A stretch of DNA of 32,000 nucleotides, from the sequence record CM040116.1; one strand, 5' to 3'. Within the stretch, counting starts at the first letter, position 1; every line of letters starts with the position of its first letter. A program made the position numbers and the translations under genes. This document shows, one piece after another, positions 24,555 through 32,000 of the stretch. Below the pieces are notes generated by a model. It was given only the letters and a program-made list of their open reading frames with translations, was not told where the DNA came from and did not search any database.

Positions 24555-24708
24555 AAGTATTATTCCTAATAAATCTATAACTAAAAAATACAAAAAATAA
24601 TATGATCCTATCGACAATTATTTTATACTAATAACTTAATAGTATAGAATAAGGCTTTATGATATATAATTATATTAAATATTTTAAAGAGAAAGCTCGT
24701 ACATGCAT

Positions 24709-25308
24709 CTATATAGACTGAAAATAATCCTTCGATTTTTGAGGATTATTAATTATAGTAGCTTGTCCTGGCTGCCAATCTGCTGGACAGACTTCATCTG
24801 GATGAGACTGTACATACTGAACAGCTTTTAAGATTCTTAAAGTTTCACTAACACTACGACCAAAATCAAGATTATTAACCAAAGAATATTGCATAATACC
24901 TTGTTTATCAATAATAAATAAACCTCTTAGAGCCGTTCCTTCATCCGTTAAAACATTATATGAGGCGCTAATATTTTTTGTTAAATCAGAAACCAATGGA
25001 TAATTTAGATTTCCTAATCCTCCAACATCTCTTTCCATTTGCAACCACGCCAAATGCGAATATTCACTATCAACAGATATACCTAATATTTCTGCGTTCA
25101 AACTTTTAATCTCTTGATATGCGTCACTGAAAGCAGTAATCTCAGTTGGACATACAAATGTAAAGTCTAAAGGATAAAATAATAATATAACATATTTACC
25201 CAAATAATCAGATAATGTTATTTTATTAAATTCTTGATCATATACAGCAATAGCAGAAAAATTTGGTGCCTGTTTACCAACTCTAACATCATTATTATTT
25301 ATTACCAT
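24709..25308 (-). CDS. ycf42: 2-Cys peroxiredoxin (thioredoxin peroxidase, BAS1-like)
   Basis: Peroxidatic Cys in [10 protein letters not shown] and resolving Cys in EVCPADW; 199 aa. Confidence 0.92.
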   Translation of the reverse strand: MVINNNDVRVGKQAPNFSAIAVYDQEFNKITLSDYLGKYVILLFYPLDFTFVCPTEITAFSDAYQEIKSLNAEILGISVDSEYSHLAWLQMERDVGGLGNLNYPLVSDLTKNISASYNVLTDEGTALRGLFIIDKQGIMQYSLVNNLDFGRSVSETLRILKAVQYVQSHPDEVCPADWQPGQATIINNPQKSKDYFQSI

Positions 25309-25438
25309 GTTAACATTACATTTTTTGTTATAACATTTAGTATTTTTTATATTAATTTATTTTAGAAAATAAAAGTAATAAAACAACATAATATCATAAA
25401 TTAATATAAGTATTACATATAATATTAAACTATTACAA

Positions 25439-25512
<74 letters not shown>

Positions 25513-25538
25513 ATTAAAATATAATCATAATATATGTA

Positions 25539-26039
25539 TTATATTAAAAGCAATGAATACAGTATCTTTTCTAATAATAATAGGATAATAGTAATTATTA
25601 AACCATATTTAGCTCGGAATACAAATGGCATAACTTCATAAAGTCCTACAAGACGATCTTGTATTAAAACTTCTGGACTTTTAATCCATAATTGACCATC
25701 ATACCAACCAGATTCTTCATAAAATATAGTTGCACTAATTAACCTTTTTATAACATAAGACCATGCTAAATATAAACGTATAAAGATTAACAAAAAAACA
25801 AAAGTTGCTATGGATATATTTAACATCATTATTTGCAATATTGTATAGTTGGAAATTATATATACTGTTAAGAATGTAGATATTAAAAAGATAAATAGAA
25901 AAACCGTAATAACTTTAATCAAATACTTATCTAAAGGCAAAGTACACCAAGAAAAAAACCAAGAAGCTTTTAAGGCAAAGTATTCATTCAAAGGCTGTTG
26001 ATCAAAAGGAACAGGACATGTTTTTTTAGAAGTAGACAT
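25539..26039 (-). CDS. ycf36: Conserved plastid/cyanobacterial membrane protein Ycf36 (DUF1230-type)
   Basis: 166 aa. The N-terminal CPVPFDQQPLNEYFALKASWFFSW box, followed by two hydrophobic segments, fits Ycf36 as I recall the family. Function is unknown. Confidence 0.7.
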   Translation of the reverse strand: MSTSKKTCPVPFDQQPLNEYFALKASWFFSWCTLPLDKYLIKVITVFLFIFLISTFLTVYIISNYTILQIMMLNISIATFVFLLIFIRLYLAWSYVIKRLISATIFYEESGWYDGQLWIKSPEVLIQDRLVGLYEVMPFVFRAKYGLIITIILLLLEKILYSLLLI

Positions 26040-26054
26040 AAATTTTTCTGTATA

Positions 26055-26270
26055 TTAATAGATAATAGAAGAAAACACATATACTATAGTCCATGCTAAA
26101 AATAAAAATATATTAATAATAATAATAATTTGCAAATTTTTTTGCGTACTTCGAGTAATATTGAGACCACTTGATTTACTTGAAAAACCACCTAAACTTG
26201 TAAACTTGGGATTATTAATTAAAATTAATACCATTGTAAGAACTCCAATCAAATACCATAAACCTTTCAT
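26055..26270 (-). CDS. secG: Preprotein translocase subunit SecG (ycf47)
   Basis: 71 aa with two TM segments flanking a Gly/Ser-rich loop (ILINNPKFTSLGGFSSKSSGL). Size and topology fit red-algal plastid secG/ycf47. Confidence 0.65.
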   Translation of the reverse strand: MKGLWYLIGVLTMVLILINNPKFTSLGGFSSKSSGLNITRSTQKNLQIIIIINIFLFLAWTIVYVFSSIIY

Positions 26271-26307
26271 ATAATTCCGTTTTTAAAATACAAGAGATAT
26301 AAATAAG

Positions 26308-26330
26308 AAGAATATGATTATCATATTCTT
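26308..26330. terminator. Stem-loop (10-bp perfect stem AAGAATATGA/TCATATTCTT, 3-nt loop) downstream of petM and upstream of secG
   Basis: 26308-26317 pairs with 26321-26330. It lies about 70 nt after the petM stop. Confidence 0.35.
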
Positions 26331-26401
26331 ACTATATTATTATATATATTAAGCAATTAAATAAATATAAAAATAATAACTCCATACTGAGCATGAATTA
26401 T

Positions 26402-26500
26402 CTATTCACCTTGAACTTTAAGCAGTATAAATCCTAAAACAAGGCCAAATAATATTAGTATAAAACTAACTGTACTAGCAATTAAAATTTCTCCTCCCAT
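26402..26500 (-). CDS. petM: Cytochrome b6f complex subunit PetM (subunit VII, ycf31)
   Basis: This gene is not in the ORF track because it is only 32 aa. Hand translation gives MGGEILIASTVSFILILFGLVLGFILLKVQGE, a single TM helix with the C-terminal LLKxQGE signature. A GGAG motif lies 7 nt upstream of the ATG. Confidence 0.75.
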   Translation of the reverse strand: MGGEILIASTVSFILILFGLVLGFILLKVQGE

Positions 26501-26550
26501 TTTATCACTCCATATATATATAAATTTATTTAATAATCACGATATAAAAA

Positions 26551-26643
26551 TTAAAAACCATTTCGTCCCCATACGACCAATGCAACTGAAAAACTAAATA
26601 CAGCTAATAATGATCCCCAACCTAAACTAATTATATCCAACAT
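26551..26643 (-). CDS. petN: Cytochrome b6f complex subunit PetN (subunit VIII, ycf6)
   Basis: This gene is not in the ORF track because it is only 30 aa. Hand translation gives [30 protein letters not shown], with the VVWGRxG signature. An AGGAG motif lies 10 nt upstream of the ATG. Confidence 0.85.
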   Translation of the reverse strand: MLDIISLGWGSLLAVFSFSVALVVWGRNGF

Positions 26644-26886
26644 TTTACTTCAACTCCTACAATATATATAATAACAATTCAAAGGTTAATCCTACAAAAC
26701 TAATTGTATCAAAGACTATACGATAAAATTATTTATATTGAATAATAATATAAAATATAAAAATCACAAAATGTAAATTTTTTACAATTATCAGTAAACT
26801 ATATGAAAGTTAAGGTTAGTATAAAAATAATAATATATTATATTTTACATTAAATAGTATATAAAATTAAATCAATTACTTTAATT

Positions 26887-27936
26887 ATGGACACTACTAA
26901 AGATTCATCTAAAATGACTACAAAAGAGACTTTGCTCACTCCACGATTTTATACAACAGACTTTGATGAAATGTCTAAACTAGATATTTCACCAAATATA
27001 GATGAGTTCGAAGCTTTACTTCAAGAATTTAGGGCAGATTATAATAGGCAGCATTTCATTAGAGATGAAGAATTTGAACAATCTTGGAATAATTTAAATA
27101 GTAGTACTAAAGCATTATTTATTGAATTTTTAGAAAGATCATGTACAGCAGAATTTTCAGGTTTTTTATTATATAAAGAATTATCAAGAAGACTACAAAA
27201 GACTAATGCTGTACTTGCAGAATGTTTTTTACTTATGTCAAGAGATGAAGCTAGACATGCTGGTTTTTTAAACAAAGCGATGAACGATTTTAATTTATCA
27301 TTAGATTTGGGCTTCTTAACTAAGAATAGAAAGTATACTTTTTTCTCTCCTAAATTTATTTTTTACGCTACATATTTATCAGAAAAGATTGGATATTGGA
27401 GATATATAACTATATATAGACACTTAGAGCAATATCCTGAGTATAGAATATATCCAATTTTTAAATTCTTTGAAAATTGGTGTCAAGATGAAAATCGTCA
27501 TGGTGATTTTTTTGCAGCATTACTCAAATCACAACCACAATTATTAAATAATTTAGAAGCAAAATTATGGTGCCGATTTTTTTTATTAAGTGTATTCGCA
27601 ACCATGTATTTAAATGACTTTCAAAGATCGGATTTTTATAAATCTATTGGATTAGATGCAAGACAATACGATATGCAAGTTATAAGAAAAACAAATGAAA
27701 GTGCATCAAGAATTTTTCCAGTTGCTTTAAATGTTGACCAACCTGAATTTTTTCAGTATTTAGACCAATGTGCTTCAGAAAACAAAAAACTAATAGAAAT
27801 AAATAAGCAATGTAATAATTGGTTGATCAAAAAACTCATGAAAGTGCCTATATATATGACATTAAGCTACTATCTAATAAGATTGTATTTATTACCAACT
27901 ATTGCTTCATCATATGTAATATCAACCATCAGATAA
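26887..27936 (+). CDS. acsF: Mg-protoporphyrin IX monomethyl ester (oxidative) cyclase (ycf59)
   Basis: [13 protein letters not shown] at the N-terminus, and di-iron ExxH motifs ([18 protein letters not shown]). Confidence 0.93.
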   Translation: MDTTKDSSKMTTKETLLTPRFYTTDFDEMSKLDISPNIDEFEALLQEFRADYNRQHFIRDEEFEQSWNNLNSSTKALFIEFLERSCTAEFSGFLLYKELSRRLQKTNAVLAECFLLMSRDEARHAGFLNKAMNDFNLSLDLGFLTKNRKYTFFSPKFIFYATYLSEKIGYWRYITIYRHLEQYPEYRIYPIFKFFENWCQDENRHGDFFAALLKSQPQLLNNLEAKLWCRFFLLSVFATMYLNDFQRSDFYKSIGLDARQYDMQVIRKTNESASRIFPVALNVDQPEFFQYLDQCASENKKLIEINKQCNNWLIKKLMKVPIYMTLSYYLIRLYLLPTIASSYVISTIR

Positions 27937-28055
27937 TTCAAATACTTTACAAATAAAAAAAATAAAGCTTTATTGTCTATTTAACTTATAAAATAAAAAA
28001 TAGCTTATAATAATAATATTTTACATATTAACTATATATCACTCAAATATTTATT

Positions 28056-28481
28056 ATGACTAATACAATAGATTTAAAAATGCCATCACCTACTTTTGGT
28101 GGTAGCACAGGAGGATGGCTTAGATCTGCAGAAACAGAAGAAAAATATGCTATTACCTGGACTAGCAAAAAAGAACAAATTTTTGAGATGCCCACAGGTG
28201 GAGCTGCAATAATGCGTGAAGGCAATAATCTTTTATATTTAGCAAGAAAAGAACAATGTCTTGCATTAAGCACACAACTAAGAACAGAATTCAAAATTAC
28301 GGATTTCAAAATTTATAGAATTTTCCCTAATAGCGAAGTTCAATATCTACATCCAAAAGATGGTGTATTTCCAGAAAAAGTTAATTCTGGTAGAATTGGT
28401 ATAGGAAATATAAACCATTCAATAGGGAAAAACGATAATCCAGCCAATAAAAAATTTACAGGAAAAGCTACGTACGAATAA
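28056..28481 (+). CDS. psaD: Photosystem I reaction centre subunit II (PsaD)
   Basis: 141 aa, [28 protein letters not shown]...[17 protein letters not shown]. Confidence 0.95.
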   Translation: MTNTIDLKMPSPTFGGSTGGWLRSAETEEKYAITWTSKKEQIFEMPTGGAAIMREGNNLLYLARKEQCLALSTQLRTEFKITDFKIYRIFPNSEVQYLHPKDGVFPEKVNSGRIGIGNINHSIGKNDNPANKKFTGKATYE

Positions 28482-28538
28482 TATGTTCATATTTTGTTTA
28501 TAAAAACTATTATATAAACTACATATATTATATCAAGA

Positions 28539-28583
28539 ATAAGTAAGATTAGGATATAAAATTGTATTTCATATCTTACTTAT
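28539..28583. terminator. Stem-loop (11-bp perfect stem ATAAGTAAGAT/ATCTTACTTAT, 23-nt loop) downstream of psaD and upstream of trnS
   Basis: 28539-28549 pairs with 28573-28583. It lies 58 nt after the psaD stop. Confidence 0.45.
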
Positions 28584-28616
28584 GCTATAATTTATGTTCA
28601 GACATTAAAAAACTGA

Positions 28617-28702
28617 GGAGAGGTGGTAGAGTTGGTTTATTGCGTCTGATTTGAAATTAGATGAACCGTCAGGTTCCGTGGGTTCGAATCCCACCCTCTC
28701 CT
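28617..28702 (+). tRNA. trnS: tRNA-Ser (anticodon UGA), class II with a long variable arm
   Basis: Acceptor stem GGAGAGG/CCTCTCC. Anticodon arm TCTGA-TTTGAAA-TTAGA. Variable arm GAACC-GTCA-GGTTC. T arm GTGGG-TTCGAAT-CCCAC. Total length 86 nt. Confidence 0.92.
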
Positions 28703-28742
28703 TTCCATAGACTTGAACTACTAACTTAGTCTTAATTATTAT

Positions 28743-29006
28743 TTACTTTGTATCCTTCCATAAAGCTGCTGCTATATAAGCTATAACGTCTTTAATTCGA
28801 AACATAGATTCAGAATCTTCATCTGGTATATCTATACCAAACTCTTCTTCAAATGCCATTATCATCTCAACTATCTCTAAAGAATCTTCTATGTAGTTAG
28901 TAAAATCAGTGTATTGATCAAGTTCTTTAGGATCTATATTGGATTGTTCAGAAACAATCTTCAACACCTTGTTAGTAACAGACGTATATAAATCATTATA
29001 TTTCAT
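28743..29006 (-). CDS. acpP: Acyl carrier protein
   Basis: 87 aa, acidic, with the phosphopantetheine attachment motif EDSLEIVEMIMAFEEEFG (DSL). An AAGGAG motif (29012-29017 on the plus strand) lies 5 nt upstream of the ATG. Confidence 0.93.
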   Translation of the reverse strand: MKYNDLYTSVTNKVLKIVSEQSNIDPKELDQYTDFTNYIEDSLEIVEMIMAFEEEFGIDIPDEDSESMFRIKDVIAYIAAALWKDTK

Positions 29007-29111
29007 AATAGCTCCTTAATTAATAAATAAAATATATTTTCATTCAATTACCTGTATCTAAAATTATTAAAAATATAGTAATATATTACAATAATACAAT
29101 TCTATATGATA

Positions 29112-30800
29112 CTAATCAGGATAAATTTTCAATCTTCTATTAGGCTCTTCACCAAAACTACGGGACCTTAGATTATAAAAATTGATTAATTGATGTTGTA
29201 ACTGTCGTAACTTTACATTTCTTGGAAGTAATTCAACTGACCGCTTCTTGCCATTCACAATTTTTTCTATAGCTATTCTAGTTTCTGTCAAAGTACGCAA
29301 CTCTATTGCTTGCTTATTTTGACATATAATATCCCAATTATAATTAGATACCTTATTAATATTTAGAATTTTTGTTAAAGCACGTTTAATATTCGCAGAA
29401 GTACTGCTACATATTGTATATATTGTTATCTGTCTTGCTTTAGCTATTTGCTTGAGCTTTGTATTATACTTAAAATTTGATCTTAAAGCTAAAATTATAT
29501 CAGCTTGTGTAATATCTCTCGTAAGAAGAATAGGTAGATACAAAGAATTTACTATCATTTGTACTTGAGCAATATTAACACAATATACATAAACGCGTAT
29601 ACTAAAAAGATCTTGAATAATATTTTGAGAAAAACTTGGTATAGAAGATATTTTTTGCCATTTTGTTACATTTTGTTTTTGGGAAAAATTTGTAGACACC
29701 TGTGCATTTACCAAATTTATACTTGCAGTATTAGACTTTAAATTCTTAACACTAACTTTAGGATAATAAGAACTAGTATTAGAGACAAAATTAATTGGTG
29801 TATATTGTTCACATTGAATAATAATAGAACCATTAGGTATTAATTTACGTCGCTGAACCCATAAATTTATACCCTGCAATAGTTGATCAACAGCCTGGCC
29901 AACTGATTCATGGACAATCCAACTATAGCGATCATGAATCTCTATAGCTACTTGAAATGCAGGAGATGCTTTTCTTTCTAAAATAGTTTTTTGCGAACCT
30001 CTTCGCTTAGCTTCATCATCACCAAGAGTTACATACTGTATACCTCCAATTAGATCAGATAAAATTGGGTTTTTTATTAAGCTATCCAAATAATTACCAT
30101 GTGCTGTACCAACTAGTTGAACACCTCTTTCAGCTATTGTACGAGCAGCTAAAGCTTCTAACTCTGTTCCTATTTCATCAATTATAATAACTTCGGGCAT
30201 ATGATTTTCTATAGCCTCAATCATCACATGATGTTGTAACTCAGGTCTTGATACCTGCATTCTCCTTGCCCTACCAATAGCAGGATGCGGTATATCACCA
30301 TCACCAGCTATTTCATTTGATGTATCAATTATAACAACCCTCTTTTCCATTTCATCTGCTAATACCCTAGCGATTTCTCTAATCGCTGTAGTTTTACCTA
30401 CACCAGGCTTACCTAATAACAAAATAGAAGGATTTTTATCTAGCAAATCTCTAATAATACTTATAGTACCTAAAATAGCCCTACCTACTCGACATGTTAA
30501 ACCAATAATACTTCCTTGCCGATTTTTAATAGAACTAATTCTATGTAATGTCCTTTCAATACCAGAACGATTATCACCACTAAAGTTTCCTATACGTTTA
30601 ATAGAATAATCTAAATCTTGCCAGGTTATAATTCTACTAGATAAATATTGAGGTCCTTTAGGAAAACGTGCCTCTGGTTTCCTACCTAAATCCATGACAA
30701 CTTCAATCAACAATTTTCTTTCAGAATGAATTGCTAAAGGATGCCTAATAAAATCAGGTAAAATTTCTAATAGTTGGTCTAAATCATCTGATATTAACAT
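29112..30800 (-). CDS. ycf45: Conserved plastid ORF Ycf45: P-loop ATPase (SpoIIIAA-like) with a C-terminal R3H domain; function unknown
   Basis: 562 aa with Walker A GKPGVGKTT and Walker B VIIIDEIG. The C-terminus LPRNVKLRQLQHQLINFYNLRSRSFGEEPNRRLKIYP fits the R-x3-H ... G-x-x-P-x-R R3H pattern. Confidence 0.85.
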   Translation of the reverse strand: MLISDDLDQLLEILPDFIRHPLAIHSERKLLIEVVMDLGRKPEARFPKGPQYLSSRIITWQDLDYSIKRIGNFSGDNRSGIERTLHRISSIKNRQGSIIGLTCRVGRAILGTISIIRDLLDKNPSILLLGKPGVGKTTAIREIARVLADEMEKRVVIIDTSNEIAGDGDIPHPAIGRARRMQVSRPELQHHVMIEAIENHMPEVIIIDEIGTELEALAARTIAERGVQLVGTAHGNYLDSLIKNPILSDLIGGIQYVTLGDDEAKRRGSQKTILERKASPAFQVAIEIHDRYSWIVHESVGQAVDQLLQGINLWVQRRKLIPNGSIIIQCEQYTPINFVSNTSSYYPKVSVKNLKSNTASINLVNAQVSTNFSQKQNVTKWQKISSIPSFSQNIIQDLFSIRVYVYCVNIAQVQMIVNSLYLPILLTRDITQADIILALRSNFKYNTKLKQIAKARQITIYTICSSTSANIKRALTKILNINKVSNYNWDIICQNKQAIELRTLTETRIAIEKIVNGKKRSVELLPRNVKLRQLQHQLINFYNLRSRSFGEEPNRRLKIYPD

Positions 30801-31088
30801 TATTGATTTATTATTTAATCAAAATAAAAACTTACATTTCTCAATATAATTAACTGTGTTTTTTATCTTTAAATATGTAACCTTGTAAAAAAAAGATAAA
30901 ATTGATATTAAAGATATGTTTCATTATTAATTATTTACCATTATACAGATTTGTTACCAAGAAATATATTTAATAATATACAATACTAGCATCCTAATAT
31001 AATACTTTTATAAAAGTAAAGTAAAGAAATATATTATAAATATATGCAAAAATATTAAAAAATCAACTACAATTATAAAAATACACCA

Positions 31089-31097
31089 TGATATAAT
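31089..31097 (+). promoter_or_regulatory. Candidate extended -10 promoter element (TGaTATAAT) upstream of accB
   Basis: An exact TGnTATAAT lies at 31089-31097, 42 nt upstream of the accB ATG, with AGGAG at 31119-31123. No good -35 is present, and the sequence context is AT-rich. Confidence 0.25.
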
Positions 31098-31138
31098 TGA
31101 CACATTCAAATATACTACAGGAGAATATATATTAAATT

Positions 31139-31642
31139 ATGAACTTTCAAGTAAAAGATTTAAGAAAAATATTATATTCAATTAAAACAAATAGAATTTG
31201 TCGCCTTAATATAGTAAGTCAACAGTTTGAATTACTTATTAATAAAGATAATACTATTTGTAATACAAATTCTATAATACATACCAATAAATATTCCGAT
31301 GTTCCTATCGAAAATACAATAATAATTCAGAAAGATAAAAATAAACAAAACTATACTAATTCTCATAACATACAAATACATACTAATGAAGCTAAAAGCT
31401 ACTCTACAATAGTTTCGCCTATGGTTGGTACTTTTTATAGATCTCCAGCACCAAACGAACCTCCATTCATAGAAAAAAATGATATAGTTAATAAAAAACA
31501 AACCGTATGCATAATCGAAGCTATGAAATTAATGAATGAAATAGAAGCTGAAGTGAATGGTAAAATCGTTGAAATATTAGTCAAAGATGGAGAAATTGTT
31601 GACTGTGGTCAAACTCTTATGAAAGTACAAACAATCTCATGA
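31139..31642 (+). CDS. accB: Biotin carboxyl carrier protein of acetyl-CoA carboxylase
   Basis: The C-terminal biotinyl domain carries the attachment motif CIIEAMKLMNEIEAE. The N-terminal half is low-complexity and rich in Asn, Ile, Lys and Thr. Confidence 0.92.
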   Translation: MNFQVKDLRKILYSIKTNRICRLNIVSQQFELLINKDNTICNTNSIIHTNKYSDVPIENTIIIQKDKNKQNYTNSHNIQIHTNEAKSYSTIVSPMVGTFYRSPAPNEPPFIEKNDIVNKKQTVCIIEAMKLMNEIEAEVNGKIVEILVKDGEIVDCGQTLMKVQTIS

Positions 31643-31878
31643 TTATAAGATATAATCAATGCAATTAATAAATCTTAGATTTTAACTATTGTTAACAGAT
31701 CTTAAGGAAGAGATAGGTTATATTTATAATATAAGTTAGTAATAAAAACTCAATTGTGAAAGTTGTATAATGTCATATTAATTAAAAATATATAAATATA
31801 AATATAAAGATATTAACATAATGAGTGTTTTATTAAATTGTCTCATTGTATTTTATTAGAATAAACAGGAGAATCTCA

Positions 31879-32000
31879 ATGACAATTAGCTCACAAGAGC
31901 AAGAGACAAAAAAAGTTCAAGTTACTGTAGACAAAGATCCTGTTGCTACATCATTTGAAAAATGGGCAAAACCGGGCCATTTTTCAAGAAAGCTAGCTAA
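31879..32000 (+). CDS. psaA: Photosystem I P700 apoprotein A1, N-terminal fragment; the gene runs past the window end
   Basis: Hand translation gives [40 protein letters not shown], containing the conserved PsaA N-terminal box [13 protein letters not shown]. An AGGAG motif (31867-31871) lies 7 nt upstream of the ATG. Confidence 0.92.
   Translation, partial: MTISSQEQETKKVQVTVDKDPVATSFEKWAKPGHFSRKLA

Noticed and set aside
24555-24617. Upstream non-ATG extensions proposed by the ORF track. They are pbsA TTG 24617 (which would add a hydrophobic 21-aa leader), rpoC1 TTG 3807, rpoB GTG 7309, infB upstream start 10744, preA TTG 21815 and rpl33 TTG 8047
   Set aside because: In each case an in-frame ATG a few to 22 codons downstream starts exactly where the conserved protein sequence begins. 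The extensions are AT-rich read-through of spacer. I therefore chose the ATG starts, although the exact starts remain unverified.
31820-31847. 6-bp inverted repeat (AATGAG/CTCATT) in the psaA 5' leader
   Set aside because: The stem is too short and does not extend, so it cannot be distinguished from chance.

Overview
This window reads as an ordinary, densely packed piece of a red-algal (Rhodophyta) plastid genome. The assignment rests on three things: very AT-rich sequence, phycobilisome core genes (apcE-apcA-apcB), and genes typically kept in red-algal plastids (pbsA, preA, odpA/odpB, accB, acpP, infB, ycf45, ycf42). I cannot name the species without a database search. I support 32 protein-coding genes and 2 tRNAs. 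Two genes are cut by the window edges (rpoC2 at the start, psaA at the end). Two are too short for the supplied ORF track (petM, petN). The gene order is rpoC2-rpoC1-rpoB-rps20 (-), rpl33-rps18 (+), infB (-), ycf3, atpB-atpE (+), apcB-apcA-apcE (-), tatC, petA (+), odpB-odpA (-), preA (+), rpl20-rpl35, pbsA, ycf42, trnfM, ycf36, secG, petM, petN (-), acsF, psaD, trnS(UGA) (+), acpP, ycf45 (-), accB, psaA (+). Gene calls rest on catalytic or cofactor motifs visible in the translations. I see no CRISPR array, transposase or integrase, defence-type genes, introns or pseudogenes, so I do not claim any novel system. The second-look items are modest. Perfect stem-loops sit downstream of several genes, including in all four convergent-gene spacers, and three of them share the arm octamer ATAAGTAA/TTACTTAT. 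A 15-bp all-A/T inverted repeat lies upstream of apcE. A 26-codon hydrophobic ORF sits in an otherwise empty 289-bp spacer. The conserved but uncharacterised ATPase+R3H gene ycf45 lies between acpP and accB. The initiator tRNA has a C1:U72 mismatch. Promoter calls are weak because the sequence is so AT-rich.
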